Shown here: piece by piece, positions 10,520 through 19,495 of the stretch
Layout of the letters: each line of letters starts with the position of its first letter
Position numbering within the stretch: position 1 is the stretch's first letter
Assembly (NCBI GenBank): GCA_040776945.1
Contig: JAXGZN010000002.1
Coordinates: 352,001-416,000 of the forward strand
DNA length: 64,000 nucleotides
Direction: 5' to 3'
Origin: Methanomassiliicoccaceae archaeon
GTDB taxonomy: Archaea > Thermoplasmatota > Thermoplasmata > Methanomassiliicoccales > Methanomassiliicoccaceae
Made by a program: the position numbers and the translations under genes
Notes under the pieces: model-generated
What the model was told of the DNA's origin: nothing
Database searches by the model: none
The model's input: only the letters and a program-made list of their open reading frames with translations

Positions 10520-11161
10520 TCACATCATCAGCGCGTTGACCCTCTGGACCACCATGGACCCGCACTCACAGTACGCGTCACCGCCGATGTTCTCCACCCA
10601 CTTGCTGGTGCAGCAGGCGCCACCGAATATGGTCTTAACATTGAAAAGTTTTTCTTCCTTGAGACGCTCGATGATCTTCCTCTGGCCGACTAGGGTGGTG
10701 GTCATGAGCGCCGAGGCTCCGACGATGCTGGCGTTCATCTCCTTCGCCGCCTGGGTGAACAGGTGAGGGGGAACGTCCTTTCCTAAGTCATATACCAGGA
10801 ACCCGGCGCTCCTAAGGAACGCGGACACAACGTGCTTCCCGATCTCATGTATGTCCCCCTCCACGGTCCCTATGACCACCACGCCCTTGGACGGGATTTT
10901 CTCCTCGCCCATATGCCTCTCGTAGATGTTGATGGCCTGGGACATCGCCTGGGACGCGGCCAGGACCTGGGGCAAGAACATCCTGCCCTCGTTGAACATG
11001 TCGCTTATCTCCGCCATGCCCGCGCCGAGCCCCTTCTCGATGGCTTCCGCCGGACTGATGCCCATCCGCACCGCCTCCGTGGCGGCAGACACAGCCAACT
11101 TCTTATCGTATCTCATCACTGCCTCTTTCAATAAGGCCAGTATCTCGTCCTTGCTTCTCAA
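10520..11161 (-). CDS. mtmC: methylamine corrinoid protein (second copy)
   Basis: B12 cap FLPQVLAAS, GDIHEIGK (DxHxxG), GASALMTTT, IFGGA; TTG start after GGAGGA; directly upstream of mtmB. Confidence 0.9.
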   Translation of the reverse strand: MRSKDEILALLKEAVMRYDKKLAVSAATEAVRMGISPAEAIEKGLGAGMAEISDMFNEGRMFLPQVLAASQAMSQAINIYERHMGEEKIPSKGVVVIGTVEGDIHEIGKHVVSAFLRSAGFLVYDLGKDVPPHLFTQAAKEMNASIVGASALMTTTLVGQRKIIERLKEEKLFNVKTIFGGACCTSKWVENIGGDAYCECGSMVVQRVNALMM

Positions 11162-11338
11162 ACTATCTCCTCCCACACTCCGTTCCCACCGTTCCCTCCA
11201 AACGATAATCGCGAAGTCCCACTCAGTGTTTCGTGATTGTTAAGATATGCACCTGTAAGTACAGAATGATTTCGGGAAGAAGAGAGCAAGACTCCGCCGG
11301 GACTCCGGCTACAGCATGGCCTGCAGGGGCGCCTCATA

Positions 11339-12976
11339 TCACGCCTCTCCGCTCTCACCGGCCCTAAGTATCTTGATCTTCATCACATGCTCCGGGCATA
11401 CCAGCTCGCAGCGCTTGCACGCCGTCCCCAAGCATAGGTCGGACCGGACCCTGACGCGGGGCACATCGCCGTCGACGATGACCAGGGCCTTCTCGGGGCA
11501 GGACGCCTCGCACTTGCGGCACAGGATGCATCCATCGAGCTTTCCGGTGAGCACGGTACCCGGGTCCCGGAGCACGGTGATCCCCAGCTCCCCGAGGTCG
11601 GGGATGTCCCGGCTGACCTTCCTCTCGACCATGGCCTCCACCGGCTCAAGCCGCAGATGCGGCAGCGAATAGATGTCCAGCATGTCATTGTACGACGCCA
11701 TCGGCATGCCGTAGGACCACAGGGAAAGCTCGATGGAGTAGAGGTTCTTGAAGGTCTCCGAGGTCGCGAACATGCAGTGGGTCGCCCGGAGCTTCTTCGC
11801 GAACTCTCTCAGCTCGTCCAGGTCCTTTCTCCCGGTGGTGATGTCGCGGGCCATGGCCAGGGATGTGTTCCCATACTGAATTATCCTGGTCGAGCCCGGC
11901 GACACCATCCCCACCCGCTGGGCCTTCCCGGCGTCGACGTACAGCCCGGACGCGCCGGACATGAACGAGGTCGGCACGTCGTCCACCCATATGCCCGCTT
12001 CCCTCATCAGCGTGAGGTAGCCGGAGCGCAGGGCGCCGATGGCCTTCCCTGCCTCGGCCACGTCCCCCTCGGTGATGAAAACGCCGTCCTGCAGATGCAC
12101 CCTTGCGTCCGGCGTGGTGATGCGGGGCAGCCGGACGAGCCCGCTCCGCAATCCGCAGTCCAGGGCCGCCACCACCCCGGTACCGGTGATGCCCTTGGCC
12201 CGGCTGTGCATCTCCCCTCTCGCCTTCAGACCTCCGTTCTCCGGTGCGATCACGTCGCCCCGCCTAGCCTCGTAACCCTCGTCGAGGACCCAGCACTCCC
12301 AGCCGTCCTCGGTGATGTTGGCGTCCGAAATCGTCCCCGGAGCGGCTAGCATGCCCATCTCGATTTGCTGCCCCTCCAGAGCCGGCCCGGCGGCGGCCGA
12401 GCCCGAATAGATCTCGCCGTCCTTGATCAGCGCCATCTCCGCGTTGGTGCCATAGTCGATGACCAGGCACGGCTCCTCCTGCTCCAACGCCCCAGTCATG
12501 AGCAGCATCGCCAGAGCGTCCGCTCCGATCTCGTGCCCGACCGCCGGAGGTATGATCACCGAGGCGTCGCCTATCAGCCCCAGGCCGAGCTCGGCGGCGC
12601 CCACGATATCACCGTCCCTCTTAGGAGGGACGACCTTGAGCGTCTCTAGCATCCGCTTTCCGGCGTACGCCAGGTCACGGATCTCTATCTTCTGGAAGAG
12701 CGAGAGCTGGAACGGGTTCCCGCATACCCCTAAGGTGGTGACCTTTCCCAGATCGACCTTCAGGAGAGGGAACAGCCTGGAGACCGTATCGATGATGAGC
12801 CGGTTCGCCTCGTCCTCGCCCGCGTCAATGGCGAAGTTGATGTGGTCGATGACGTTCGAGCCGGGAATGGGATGCCTCGAGGTTATGGCGGTGGAGATGG
12901 TCCTGCCGTCAGCTAGGTCGATGGCCTGTGCCCGGAACCCGCTGGTCCCCAGGTCGAGAGCGATCCCCAGCGGCAT
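11339..12976 (-). CDS. ramA: methylamine methyltransferase corrinoid reductive activase
   Basis: IALDLGTSGFR, HPIPGSNVIDH, DYGTNAEMAL, SAAAGPALEGQ, two C-terminal ferredoxin Cys clusters; TGATG overlap with pylD. Confidence 0.93.
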   Translation of the reverse strand: MPLGIALDLGTSGFRAQAIDLADGRTISTAITSRHPIPGSNVIDHINFAIDAGEDEANRLIIDTVSRLFPLLKVDLGKVTTLGVCGNPFQLSLFQKIEIRDLAYAGKRMLETLKVVPPKRDGDIVGAAELGLGLIGDASVIIPPAVGHEIGADALAMLLMTGALEQEEPCLVIDYGTNAEMALIKDGEIYSGSAAAGPALEGQQIEMGMLAAPGTISDANITEDGWECWVLDEGYEARRGDVIAPENGGLKARGEMHSRAKGITGTGVVAALDCGLRSGLVRLPRITTPDARVHLQDGVFITEGDVAEAGKAIGALRSGYLTLMREAGIWVDDVPTSFMSGASGLYVDAGKAQRVGMVSPGSTRIIQYGNTSLAMARDITTGRKDLDELREFAKKLRATHCMFATSETFKNLYSIELSLWSYGMPMASYNDMLDIYSLPHLRLEPVEAMVERKVSRDIPDLGELGITVLRDPGTVLTGKLDGCILCRKCEASCPEKALVIVDGDVPRVRVRSDLCLGTACKRCELVCPEHVMKIKILRAGESGEA

Positions 12977-13833
12977 CAGATGGCCTCCATCCACACCGCT
13001 CTGCCCTCTAGCAGAGGGGCGCGCGGCAGGGACAGACTGGCGCTCCAAACCGCCATCACCGAAACTCCGATCTGCAGGGGATCGTGCACCAGCGTCGCCA
13101 TCTTGCGGATGCCGATCTCGTCGAAGGAGAAAGGCATCCCCGGGGACGATACCACGCATCCTTGCTGGACCCACTCCCCTGGTATCCTAGCCGGTGAAGC
13201 GTTCAATATGAGGTCGTGACCCTTGACTGCCTCCATCAGGTCATCGCAGACCGTGAACTCCCTGAACTTCGATCTCAGGGCTTCCGCCTTGGAGCGATCG
13301 ACGTCGACCACCGTGACCTTCGCGCCATTCCTCGCCAGCAGCTCGGCCGAACAGCTCCCGACCCGTCCAGCGCCGATCAGCAGGACGTCCCTGCCTCTCA
13401 GGCCGCCGGCGGCCTCCCGCAGGGCGGTGAAGTAGCCAAGAGCGGTGGACCTGATGTTGTTGACGGCCCGCCGGGCCCGGCAATTGATCGCCAGGAACTC
13501 GTTGTCGTCGGCCATGAAGATGAGGTCGGCCCCGGACCCCAGCGCCTCGCCGAGGCCGGCAACGTCGGTCTCCTCGGTGACATATGCCTTCGGCCCAAGG
13601 TGCTCGACGATGGCGCAGACCGATTCCGAGAAGCCCGCGGTCGCGCCGAGGCCAGCGGTGACAGGGACGCACGCGGCCGTAAGGCCCTCCATGTCCAGTT
13701 CGTGGAGGTCTATCCCCACGGAGGTGTAGGCAAGCTCCTTCATGGTCATTCCCAGGGCCCTGGCGAGGGACGAGTCCCGCCCCTGTGAGGAGGATGGCAC
13801 GTCCCTGATCATCTCCGGCGTAAGTCTGGTCAT
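12976..13833 (-). CDS. pylD: pyrrolysine synthase (3-methylornithyl-N6-lysine dehydrogenase)
   Basis: MTRLTP, VPVTAGLG...GFS, FMADD, GAGRVG Rossmann motif, HDPLQIGV; operon position. Confidence 0.95.
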   Translation of the reverse strand: MTRLTPEMIRDVPSSSQGRDSSLARALGMTMKELAYTSVGIDLHELDMEGLTAACVPVTAGLGATAGFSESVCAIVEHLGPKAYVTEETDVAGLGEALGSGADLIFMADDNEFLAINCRARRAVNNIRSTALGYFTALREAAGGLRGRDVLLIGAGRVGSCSAELLARNGAKVTVVDVDRSKAEALRSKFREFTVCDDLMEAVKGHDLILNASPARIPGEWVQQGCVVSSPGMPFSFDEIGIRKMATLVHDPLQIGVSVMAVWSASLSLPRAPLLEGRAVWMEAI

Positions 13834-14987
13834 CAGATAACCTCCTCTGAACCCTCGAGACCCTCGGCGCGCGCGATCTCCCGGATGCACCTGGTCCTCT
13901 TCTCCCTGACGAGCTCAGAAGTGCTGCCGGAGAACATCAGCGTCCCCCTCCAGCTCCTTGCTCCGGGCCTGTGATCGGTCATCGCGTCATCAGCGCCGAA
14001 AAGGCCAGGAGCTATCCTGGGGGATCGGACCTCGGCGAACCCCCTCTCTCCGCACGACCGCATGCGGCCATCGTCGGCGGCGATGTGCTCGTAGACCGAC
14101 GCGCCCTGCCTGACGGGGCCGGCATCCTCCAAGCGGCCATGGACCAGCGCTCCCACCAGCCGCTCCAGGAGATTGACTCCGGTAGCGTGGTATACCGCCG
14201 CGGGGGTCTGGCTGGGGATCCGCGCGTCGATCTCCAGCACCTTTGGGACGCCGCCGCACACGATGGCCTCAACGTCCATGATGCCCCGGAGCCCCATCCC
14301 TTCCGCGATCTTCCTCGCGATGCCGGCGAAGGCAGCCTCGACCGAAGGTTCCAGCCCCTCAGGGGGGCAGCGGACCATGCGGCAGTCGTACCCTGCGTCC
14401 AGAACAACCTCGGTGATCACCATGGGCACCGCCCGAGCTCCGTCCCCGATGACCTCGATGGAGATGTTCGGCCCTTCCACGAACTCCTGGACTATGGGCT
14501 CCTCACCCAGCGCCCTGACCGCCTCAATGCCCATCTCCAGCTCCTCCGGCCCGCTCGCCTTCGCCACCCCTACGCTCCCGCTCTGCCCGGAGGGCTTCAC
14601 CACCACGGGGAAGCCGCAGTTCGGCCAGGGTGACGGAACAGGGACCCCCATCCGCTCGAACAGCTGATTGGAGTGCAGCTTGGACGACGAGATCTCGTAG
14701 GCCCTCATATCGAAGAGAAGGGGCGTTTCCAGCTCTCGGAACATATCGCTCAGGCATATGAGCGCAGCGTAGTTTTCGTTGGCCGGGAGGACGGCATCGC
14801 AATCCTCCAGGACCTTGGCCGCCCGTCCGCGTTCCAAGGTCACGTCCAGAACGACAGCCTCGTCCGCCAGCGACAGAGCGGGGGCGTCCGTTCGGCGGTC
14901 CACCACGAGGGTCTCATAGCCCGCCTTCCGGGCCAGATAGGCGGCTTCCATCCCCTGCAGGGCCCCTCCCACGATGCCAAGCTTCAT
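13833..14987 (-). CDS. pylC: 3-methylornithine--L-lysine ligase (ATP-grasp)
   Basis: IVGGALQGMEAAYLA.KAG, PANEN, KPS..SGS.GV, LEIDARIPSQTP. Confidence 0.95.
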   Translation of the reverse strand: MKLGIVGGALQGMEAAYLARKAGYETLVVDRRTDAPALSLADEAVVLDVTLERGRAAKVLEDCDAVLPANENYAALICLSDMFRELETPLLFDMRAYEISSSKLHSNQLFERMGVPVPSPWPNCGFPVVVKPSGQSGSVGVAKASGPEELEMGIEAVRALGEEPIVQEFVEGPNISIEVIGDGARAVPMVITEVVLDAGYDCRMVRCPPEGLEPSVEAAFAGIARKIAEGMGLRGIMDVEAIVCGGVPKVLEIDARIPSQTPAAVYHATGVNLLERLVGALVHGRLEDAGPVRQGASVYEHIAADDGRMRSCGERGFAEVRSPRIAPGLFGADDAMTDHRPGARSWRGTLMFSGSTSELVREKRTRCIREIARAEGLEGSEEVI

Positions 14988-16087
14988 GTCCTGACCCCCC
15001 TGTCCGCGGCCTTCCAGTTCTCTACCAGCGACGAGTAGGCGGAAGGCATCGCCATCCTGAGACCCAAGCCGTCCAGGATCTCCTCTACCTGAGGGACCGT
15101 CCGTCCGCCGGCCTCGATATCTAGGTCATGCTGCGCCACCCCGGCCAGACCGTGGCTGGGAGGTATTATCGAAGTGATGACATTGGCCCCCGCCACCAGC
15201 CTGGACCGTAGGCCGCCGATCCCCTCAACGTCCAGGCTCGCCGGTATCAGCCGGTCGGGGTACATCAACCTCATTATCGCTATGGCTGTCAGCTCATCTC
15301 GGAACAGGGCATGGTCGCGCTCGGCCATGGGCGTATTGCTCTGGGGAACGAACCCCATCGCCCTCACCTGCCGGACGCCCAGCTCGCCCATGATCTGGAC
15401 CGATCTTGCTCGATCGGCCGCGGTCTCCCCCACGCCGACCATGATCCCCTCCTCGGCCAGCATCCCGGAGTTCATCGCCCATTTCTTCTGGGCGAGCCTC
15501 GTGTCATAATCCTGCCCCGGCCGGAGGAAGGAGAACAGGGCGCGGTTATGTGTTTCCTGGTAGCAGGCGAACCAGTCCCCTCCGGCCTGCCTGAGCCTGG
15601 GGAACACCTCCTGGGGGACAACGCCCGGAGAGACCATCAGGGGAACCTCGACCGCATCGTTCACCCTCTGCACAAGGTCCACGAGATTGGAGCAATCGCC
15701 CCCCTGGTGCATATGAGGGTCCTCCCCCATGGTGAGGTCGACCAGATGCACCCCGGAGTCCTCAAGGGCGGTGGACAGGTCAATGATCTCCTCCAGGGTC
15801 TTGCGGTACCTTACGCTATGGTGGTTCGTGCTGCGATAGAAGCAGAACGAGCAGTTGTTGCGGCAGTAGGTCGAGAAGTACACGAACCCGTAGCAGAACA
15901 CCGCACTGCCGAAGTGCCTCTCCTTGACCTCCCTGGCCGCAGCGAACAGGTCGTCCAGCAGGGTCTGGTCCTTGATCGAGAAGAGAACCTCAAGGTCCTC
16001 TGCAGACGCTTTCGACCCATTCTTCAGACCGGATATCAATTCCTGCGCGCGGCAGGCGTCCGGTGAGCTCCGCCCCCTATATGTCAA
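14984..16087 (-). CDS. pylB: methylornithine synthase (radical SAM); start uncertain
   Basis: YGFVYFSTYCRNNCSFCFYR, DLTMGEDP, ACYQETHN, IPASLDVEG, GLAGVAQ; TTG at 16087 overlaps the end of pylS. Confidence 0.93.
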   Translation of the reverse strand: MTYRGRSSPDACRAQELISGLKNGSKASAEDLEVLFSIKDQTLLDDLFAAAREVKERHFGSAVFCYGFVYFSTYCRNNCSFCFYRSTNHHSVRYRKTLEEIIDLSTALEDSGVHLVDLTMGEDPHMHQGGDCSNLVDLVQRVNDAVEVPLMVSPGVVPQEVFPRLRQAGGDWFACYQETHNRALFSFLRPGQDYDTRLAQKKWAMNSGMLAEEGIMVGVGETAADRARSVQIMGELGVRQVRAMGFVPQSNTPMAERDHALFRDELTAIAIMRLMYPDRLIPASLDVEGIGGLRSRLVAGANVITSIIPPSHGLAGVAQHDLDIEAGGRTVPQVEEILDGLGLRMAMPSAYSSLVENWKAADRGVRT

Positions 16088-16904
16088 GGCGGGCCCCCCG
16101 CAAGTACATGAGGCTTCGCCCAACCTTCTTGATGTTGCTAGCTCCGGTCTTCACCATGAGCAGGCGTTCCAGTCCATAACCGGCTCCCACCCAGGCATCG
16201 GTAATCCCATGAGCGCCATCGAGCCTGTGGGGCCCACATGCCGCCGAGGCCACCTCGATCCCGTTGACTTCCACGTCCAGAGTGTCGCCGTATACCTCGG
16301 AATCGGTGGTGCACAGTTCGTAGTCCAGACCGACGGTCCTCATTATAAGGTCGATATGCGCCCTAAGGCAGGTCATGGGATCGCCTTCCGGGGCCATCTC
16401 CACCAGGTTGAGCATGGTGAACTCCTCGAGATGGTCTGAGCCGCGGCTCTCCTTCCGATAGCAGGTCCCGATCTCGAACATGCGCAGGGGCATCTTCGCC
16501 GTGCGCTTCAGATGACGCATCAAGAAATACAGGTTCGGGGCGAGCATAGGTCGGAGGCAGCGCCCCTCGTCCAGCCAGAACACCTGGTGATGAAGAGGGT
16601 GCGAATCGTCGATCCCCATCTTGGACAGCGCTCTTGAGGAGATTATGGTCGGGGTCCTGACCTCGAGGAAACCGTTGCTGATGAGAGCATGAGCGAGGAC
16701 CTCCTCCAAGTGGGCCAATCGGTCCCGCTCGGGCCGTTTCTGAACATACCTTATCTCCTTCCGGTTGGCGGCCTGGTGATGCGCAACCTCAACAGCGAAC
16801 GCCTCATCCCGTTCCTCGCTGGTCTCGAACCTCTTGATCACATCAGGGGTCCCGCCGAGCTCCCTCAGCCTCTGCTTCTGAGATGACGTCCACTCAATGG
16901 CCAT
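16077..16904 (-). CDS. pylS: pyrrolysyl-tRNA synthetase lacking the N-terminal domain (275 aa)
   Basis: SQKQRLRELG, CLRPMLAPNLY, FEIGTCYRKES, HLEEFTMLNLVE, GAGYGLERL; ends in TAG. Confidence 0.97.
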   Translation of the reverse strand: MAIEWTSSQKQRLRELGGTPDVIKRFETSEERDEAFAVEVAHHQAANRKEIRYVQKRPERDRLAHLEEVLAHALISNGFLEVRTPTIISSRALSKMGIDDSHPLHHQVFWLDEGRCLRPMLAPNLYFLMRHLKRTAKMPLRMFEIGTCYRKESRGSDHLEEFTMLNLVEMAPEGDPMTCLRAHIDLIMRTVGLDYELCTTDSEVYGDTLDVEVNGIEVASAACGPHRLDGAHGITDAWVGAGYGLERLLMVKTGASNIKKVGRSLMYLRGARLDI

Positions 16905-16946
16905 TGGAATCCCCCCTGTAAGGGCTGAATGATAATGGCAAATTTA

Positions 16947-17018
16947 TGGCGAAGTGCCCGGGAGTCGAACCCGGCTGCCGCGGCTGTAGAGGCCTGGTGG
17001 TCGCCGGACCAACACTCC
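16947..17018 (-). tRNA. pylT: tRNA-Pyl (CUA anticodon, encoded CCA)
   Basis: GGAGUGU acceptor pairs with GCACUUC-G-CCA; short GGUC/GACC D-arm; bulged anticodon stem with loop CUCUACA; T-arm CCGGG-UUCGACU-CCCGG. Confidence 0.95.
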
Positions 17019-17199
17019 ATCCATTACGAAGCATGTGCAGTATGTCCGCCTTTGGATAGATATCAGGAGATTTATCACTTGTCAAGAACAGGGAACGCAG
17101 ATAGGCTCGTCCGGCGTTCGGCCTCGAAGATCCCTCAGTACCCGGAGCGGATTGAGAAATGGCCTTATACCTCTCGTTTTTCATCTGTTCCCCATTTTG

Positions 17200-17400
17200 A
17201 AGAATGTGAATGATAATATAAAGACTTTTTGCCTTATCGTTGGCCATCAAAATAATACATATTTAAAATTATCTTTTTTTCCTTTTATATGGCATTAAAA
17301 TGTTATATAAAGTTTGTTACTCGATACTATTGTTTTATATACATAATTAGCAATAGGTAGGTTAGCCATTAATATTTTGAATAATGGCATATTCGGAGGA
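17200..17400. promoter_or_regulatory. AT-rich divergent promoter region between pylT and mtmC
   Basis: Sharp GC drop, several TATA-like boxes (TTATATAA, TTTTATATA), GCCATTA-N10-TAATGGC inverted repeat, GGAGGA RBS at 17395-17400. Confidence 0.65.
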
Positions 17401-17406
17401 TACAGA

Positions 17407-18045
17407 ATGAGCAACAAAGCTGAAATACTGGGACGTCTCAAGAAATCCGTAGAGACTTGGGACGTCAAGTTGGCCGAATCGGCGGCAAAAGAGGCTTTGG
17501 CGGCCGGGATCGAGCCGGGAGAGGCTGTGGAGAAGGGCCTTGGAAAGGGCATGGAGACCATCAGCAACCTGTTCGATGACGCCAAGATCTTCCTGCCCCA
17601 GGTTCTGGCCGCGTCCCAGGCCATGGAGAAGGCGCTGAAGATCTTCGAGCCGGCCATGACCAAGGGAAAGTCCGCGCTCAGGGGAACCGTGGTCATCGCC
17701 ACTGTTCTGGGCGACATCCACGAGATCGGGAAGAACGTGGTTGCGGCCATGCTGAAGGGCGCTGGATACAATGTGATCGACCTTGGCAGAGATGTAGCTC
17801 CAGAGAAGTTCGTGGAGGCGGCCAAGGAGAACAATGCCGATGTGGTAGGTGCCTCTGCGCTGATGACCACCACGGTAGTCGTTCAGAAGGACATCGTTGA
17901 AATGCTCAAGGCAGAGAAGGTCAAAGTGAAGACGATCTTCGGAGGCGCTCCTGCCAACGAGGAATGGGTCCAGAGCATCGGCGGGGACAAGTACTGCCCA
18001 TCTGGCGCCGAGGCGGTTGAGATGGTCAACGCTCTAGTGGGGTGA
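17407..18045 (+). CDS. mtmC: monomethylamine corrinoid protein
   Basis: IFLPQVLAAS, GDIHEIGK, GASALMTTT, IFGGAP; GGAGGA RBS. Confidence 0.93.
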   Translation: MSNKAEILGRLKKSVETWDVKLAESAAKEALAAGIEPGEAVEKGLGKGMETISNLFDDAKIFLPQVLAASQAMEKALKIFEPAMTKGKSALRGTVVIATVLGDIHEIGKNVVAAMLKGAGYNVIDLGRDVAPEKFVEAAKENNADVVGASALMTTTVVVQKDIVEMLKAEKVKVKTIFGGAPANEEWVQSIGGDKYCPSGAEAVEMVNALVG

Positions 18046-18051
18046 TATGAA

Positions 18052-19431
18052 ATGGCACTTGCAAGACCACTATCAGTCTTTGATGTGTACGACCGCTTCA
18101 TGAAGGGCAAGAAGGTCACCGAAGCGGAGTGGGACTACCAGATCATACCCACCAACGCGGCGGCGATGAAGAAGAAGTACAACATCAAGTTCGGCAAGGA
18201 AATGATCCCCGAGGACAAGGATCTGAAGAACCGGCTGTTCCAGGCTGGAATGGAGATGCTGGTCACCACCGGGTTCTACAACTCCGATCTCGGCCGTGTC
18301 ATGAACATAACCGAGGAAGAAATCCGGGAAGGGATTAAGAAGACCCCCACCAAGCTTCTCCTGGGAGAGTACCGTGACGCAGCCAGGTTCGAGCCCAGGC
18401 ACGGCAACGACAGGAGAAAACCGATCATCCAGGGAGGGCCGACCGGAGCGCCTGTCTCTGAGGAAGTGTTCGTCCAAGTCATGCAGAGCTACGCCCAGGA
18501 GGCTACTGTAGATACCCTGGTGAACGGCGTCATGGCCACCATCGAAGGCCACAGCGCTACCACCAACACTCCATGGGAGATCAAGGCGGAGCTCGCAGAG
18601 CTCAGGGCAGTGAGGGAGGCCAGAATAAGGGCCGGACGACCATACATGGCCATATAGGGACCTGAGACACCGCTGTCCGCAGCGGGGCGTCTCGCTACGA
18701 ACCTTCTTGGCGGGCTGAGGCCTTGTGACTCCCACGAGTGCTCGCAGCTCAATGAACTAAAGATAGACATGGCAGCCCTCAACATGCTTTCCGGATGGAT
18801 CCTCAACGGGGATACCATCATGATCGAGCAGATGCCGATCTTCGGGGGGTACTGCGGAGGGGTCGAGGAAACTGCCATCTGCGATGTGGCCACCCACCTG
18901 GCGTCGTTCACCCTGTTCAACGGGAACTTCCACCTGGACGGTCCGATCCACATCCGCTGGGGCATCACCACTTCTCGGGAGACGCTGCAGATCGCCGGCC
19001 ACGTGGCCGCCGCGGTCGATGCGAACACCGACCTGTTGATCGCCAACCAGTACTACCCCATATCGGGTCCCTGCACCGAGATGTGTCTACTCGAGACGGC
19101 CGCTCAGGCCATGGTGGACACTGCCTCCGGTCGGGAACTGCTGTCCGGGTCCGCGGCCGCCAAGGGCGTGGCCATGGACAAGACCACCGGTATGGAAGCC
19201 AGGATCATGGGCGAAGCTTCGATTGCGACCTGTGGCATGAAGATCTCCGACGTCAACGAGATACTCGAGAAGCTGGTCAGCTCCTACGAGGGCAACTACC
19301 ACAAGCCTCCTGCCGGCAAGCGCTTCCAGGAGTGCTATGACGTCAATACCGTCAAGCCCACCGACGAGTACCTGAAGGTCTACGACAACGTTGTCAAGAC
19401 CCTGAGGGACCTCGGCCTAGCGATCAAGTGA
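18052..19431 (+). CDS. mtmB: monomethylamine:corrinoid methyltransferase, Pyl at codon 202
   Basis: In-frame TAG 18655-18657 is codon 202, the canonical MtmB Pyl position; E205 and E229 retained; 459 aa; TGA stop. Confidence 0.96.
18629..18696. repeat. 68-nt exact repeat spanning the Pyl codon (inverted copy at 9852-9919); contains the hairpin at 18664-18693
   Basis: gggccggacgaccatacatggccataTAGggacctgagacaccgctgtccgcagcggggcgtctcgct is present in both mtmB genes. Confidence 0.92.
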
Positions 19432-19448
19432 GCCTAGGGCTCCAGAAA

Positions 19449-19470
19449 CCTTTTTTCCTTTTATTTTTAA
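19449..19470 (+). terminator. oligo-T archaeal terminator-like tract after mtmB
   Basis: ccttttttccttttattttt between mtmB and the transporter. Confidence 0.5.
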
Positions 19471-19495
19471 CAACTGGACGGCTAACAGGAGGAGA

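Noticed and set aside
18052-19431. mtmB genes as split pseudogenes (two ORFs each in the track)
   Set aside because: Each has a single in-frame TAG at the canonical Pyl position, and a complete pyl system is adjacent.
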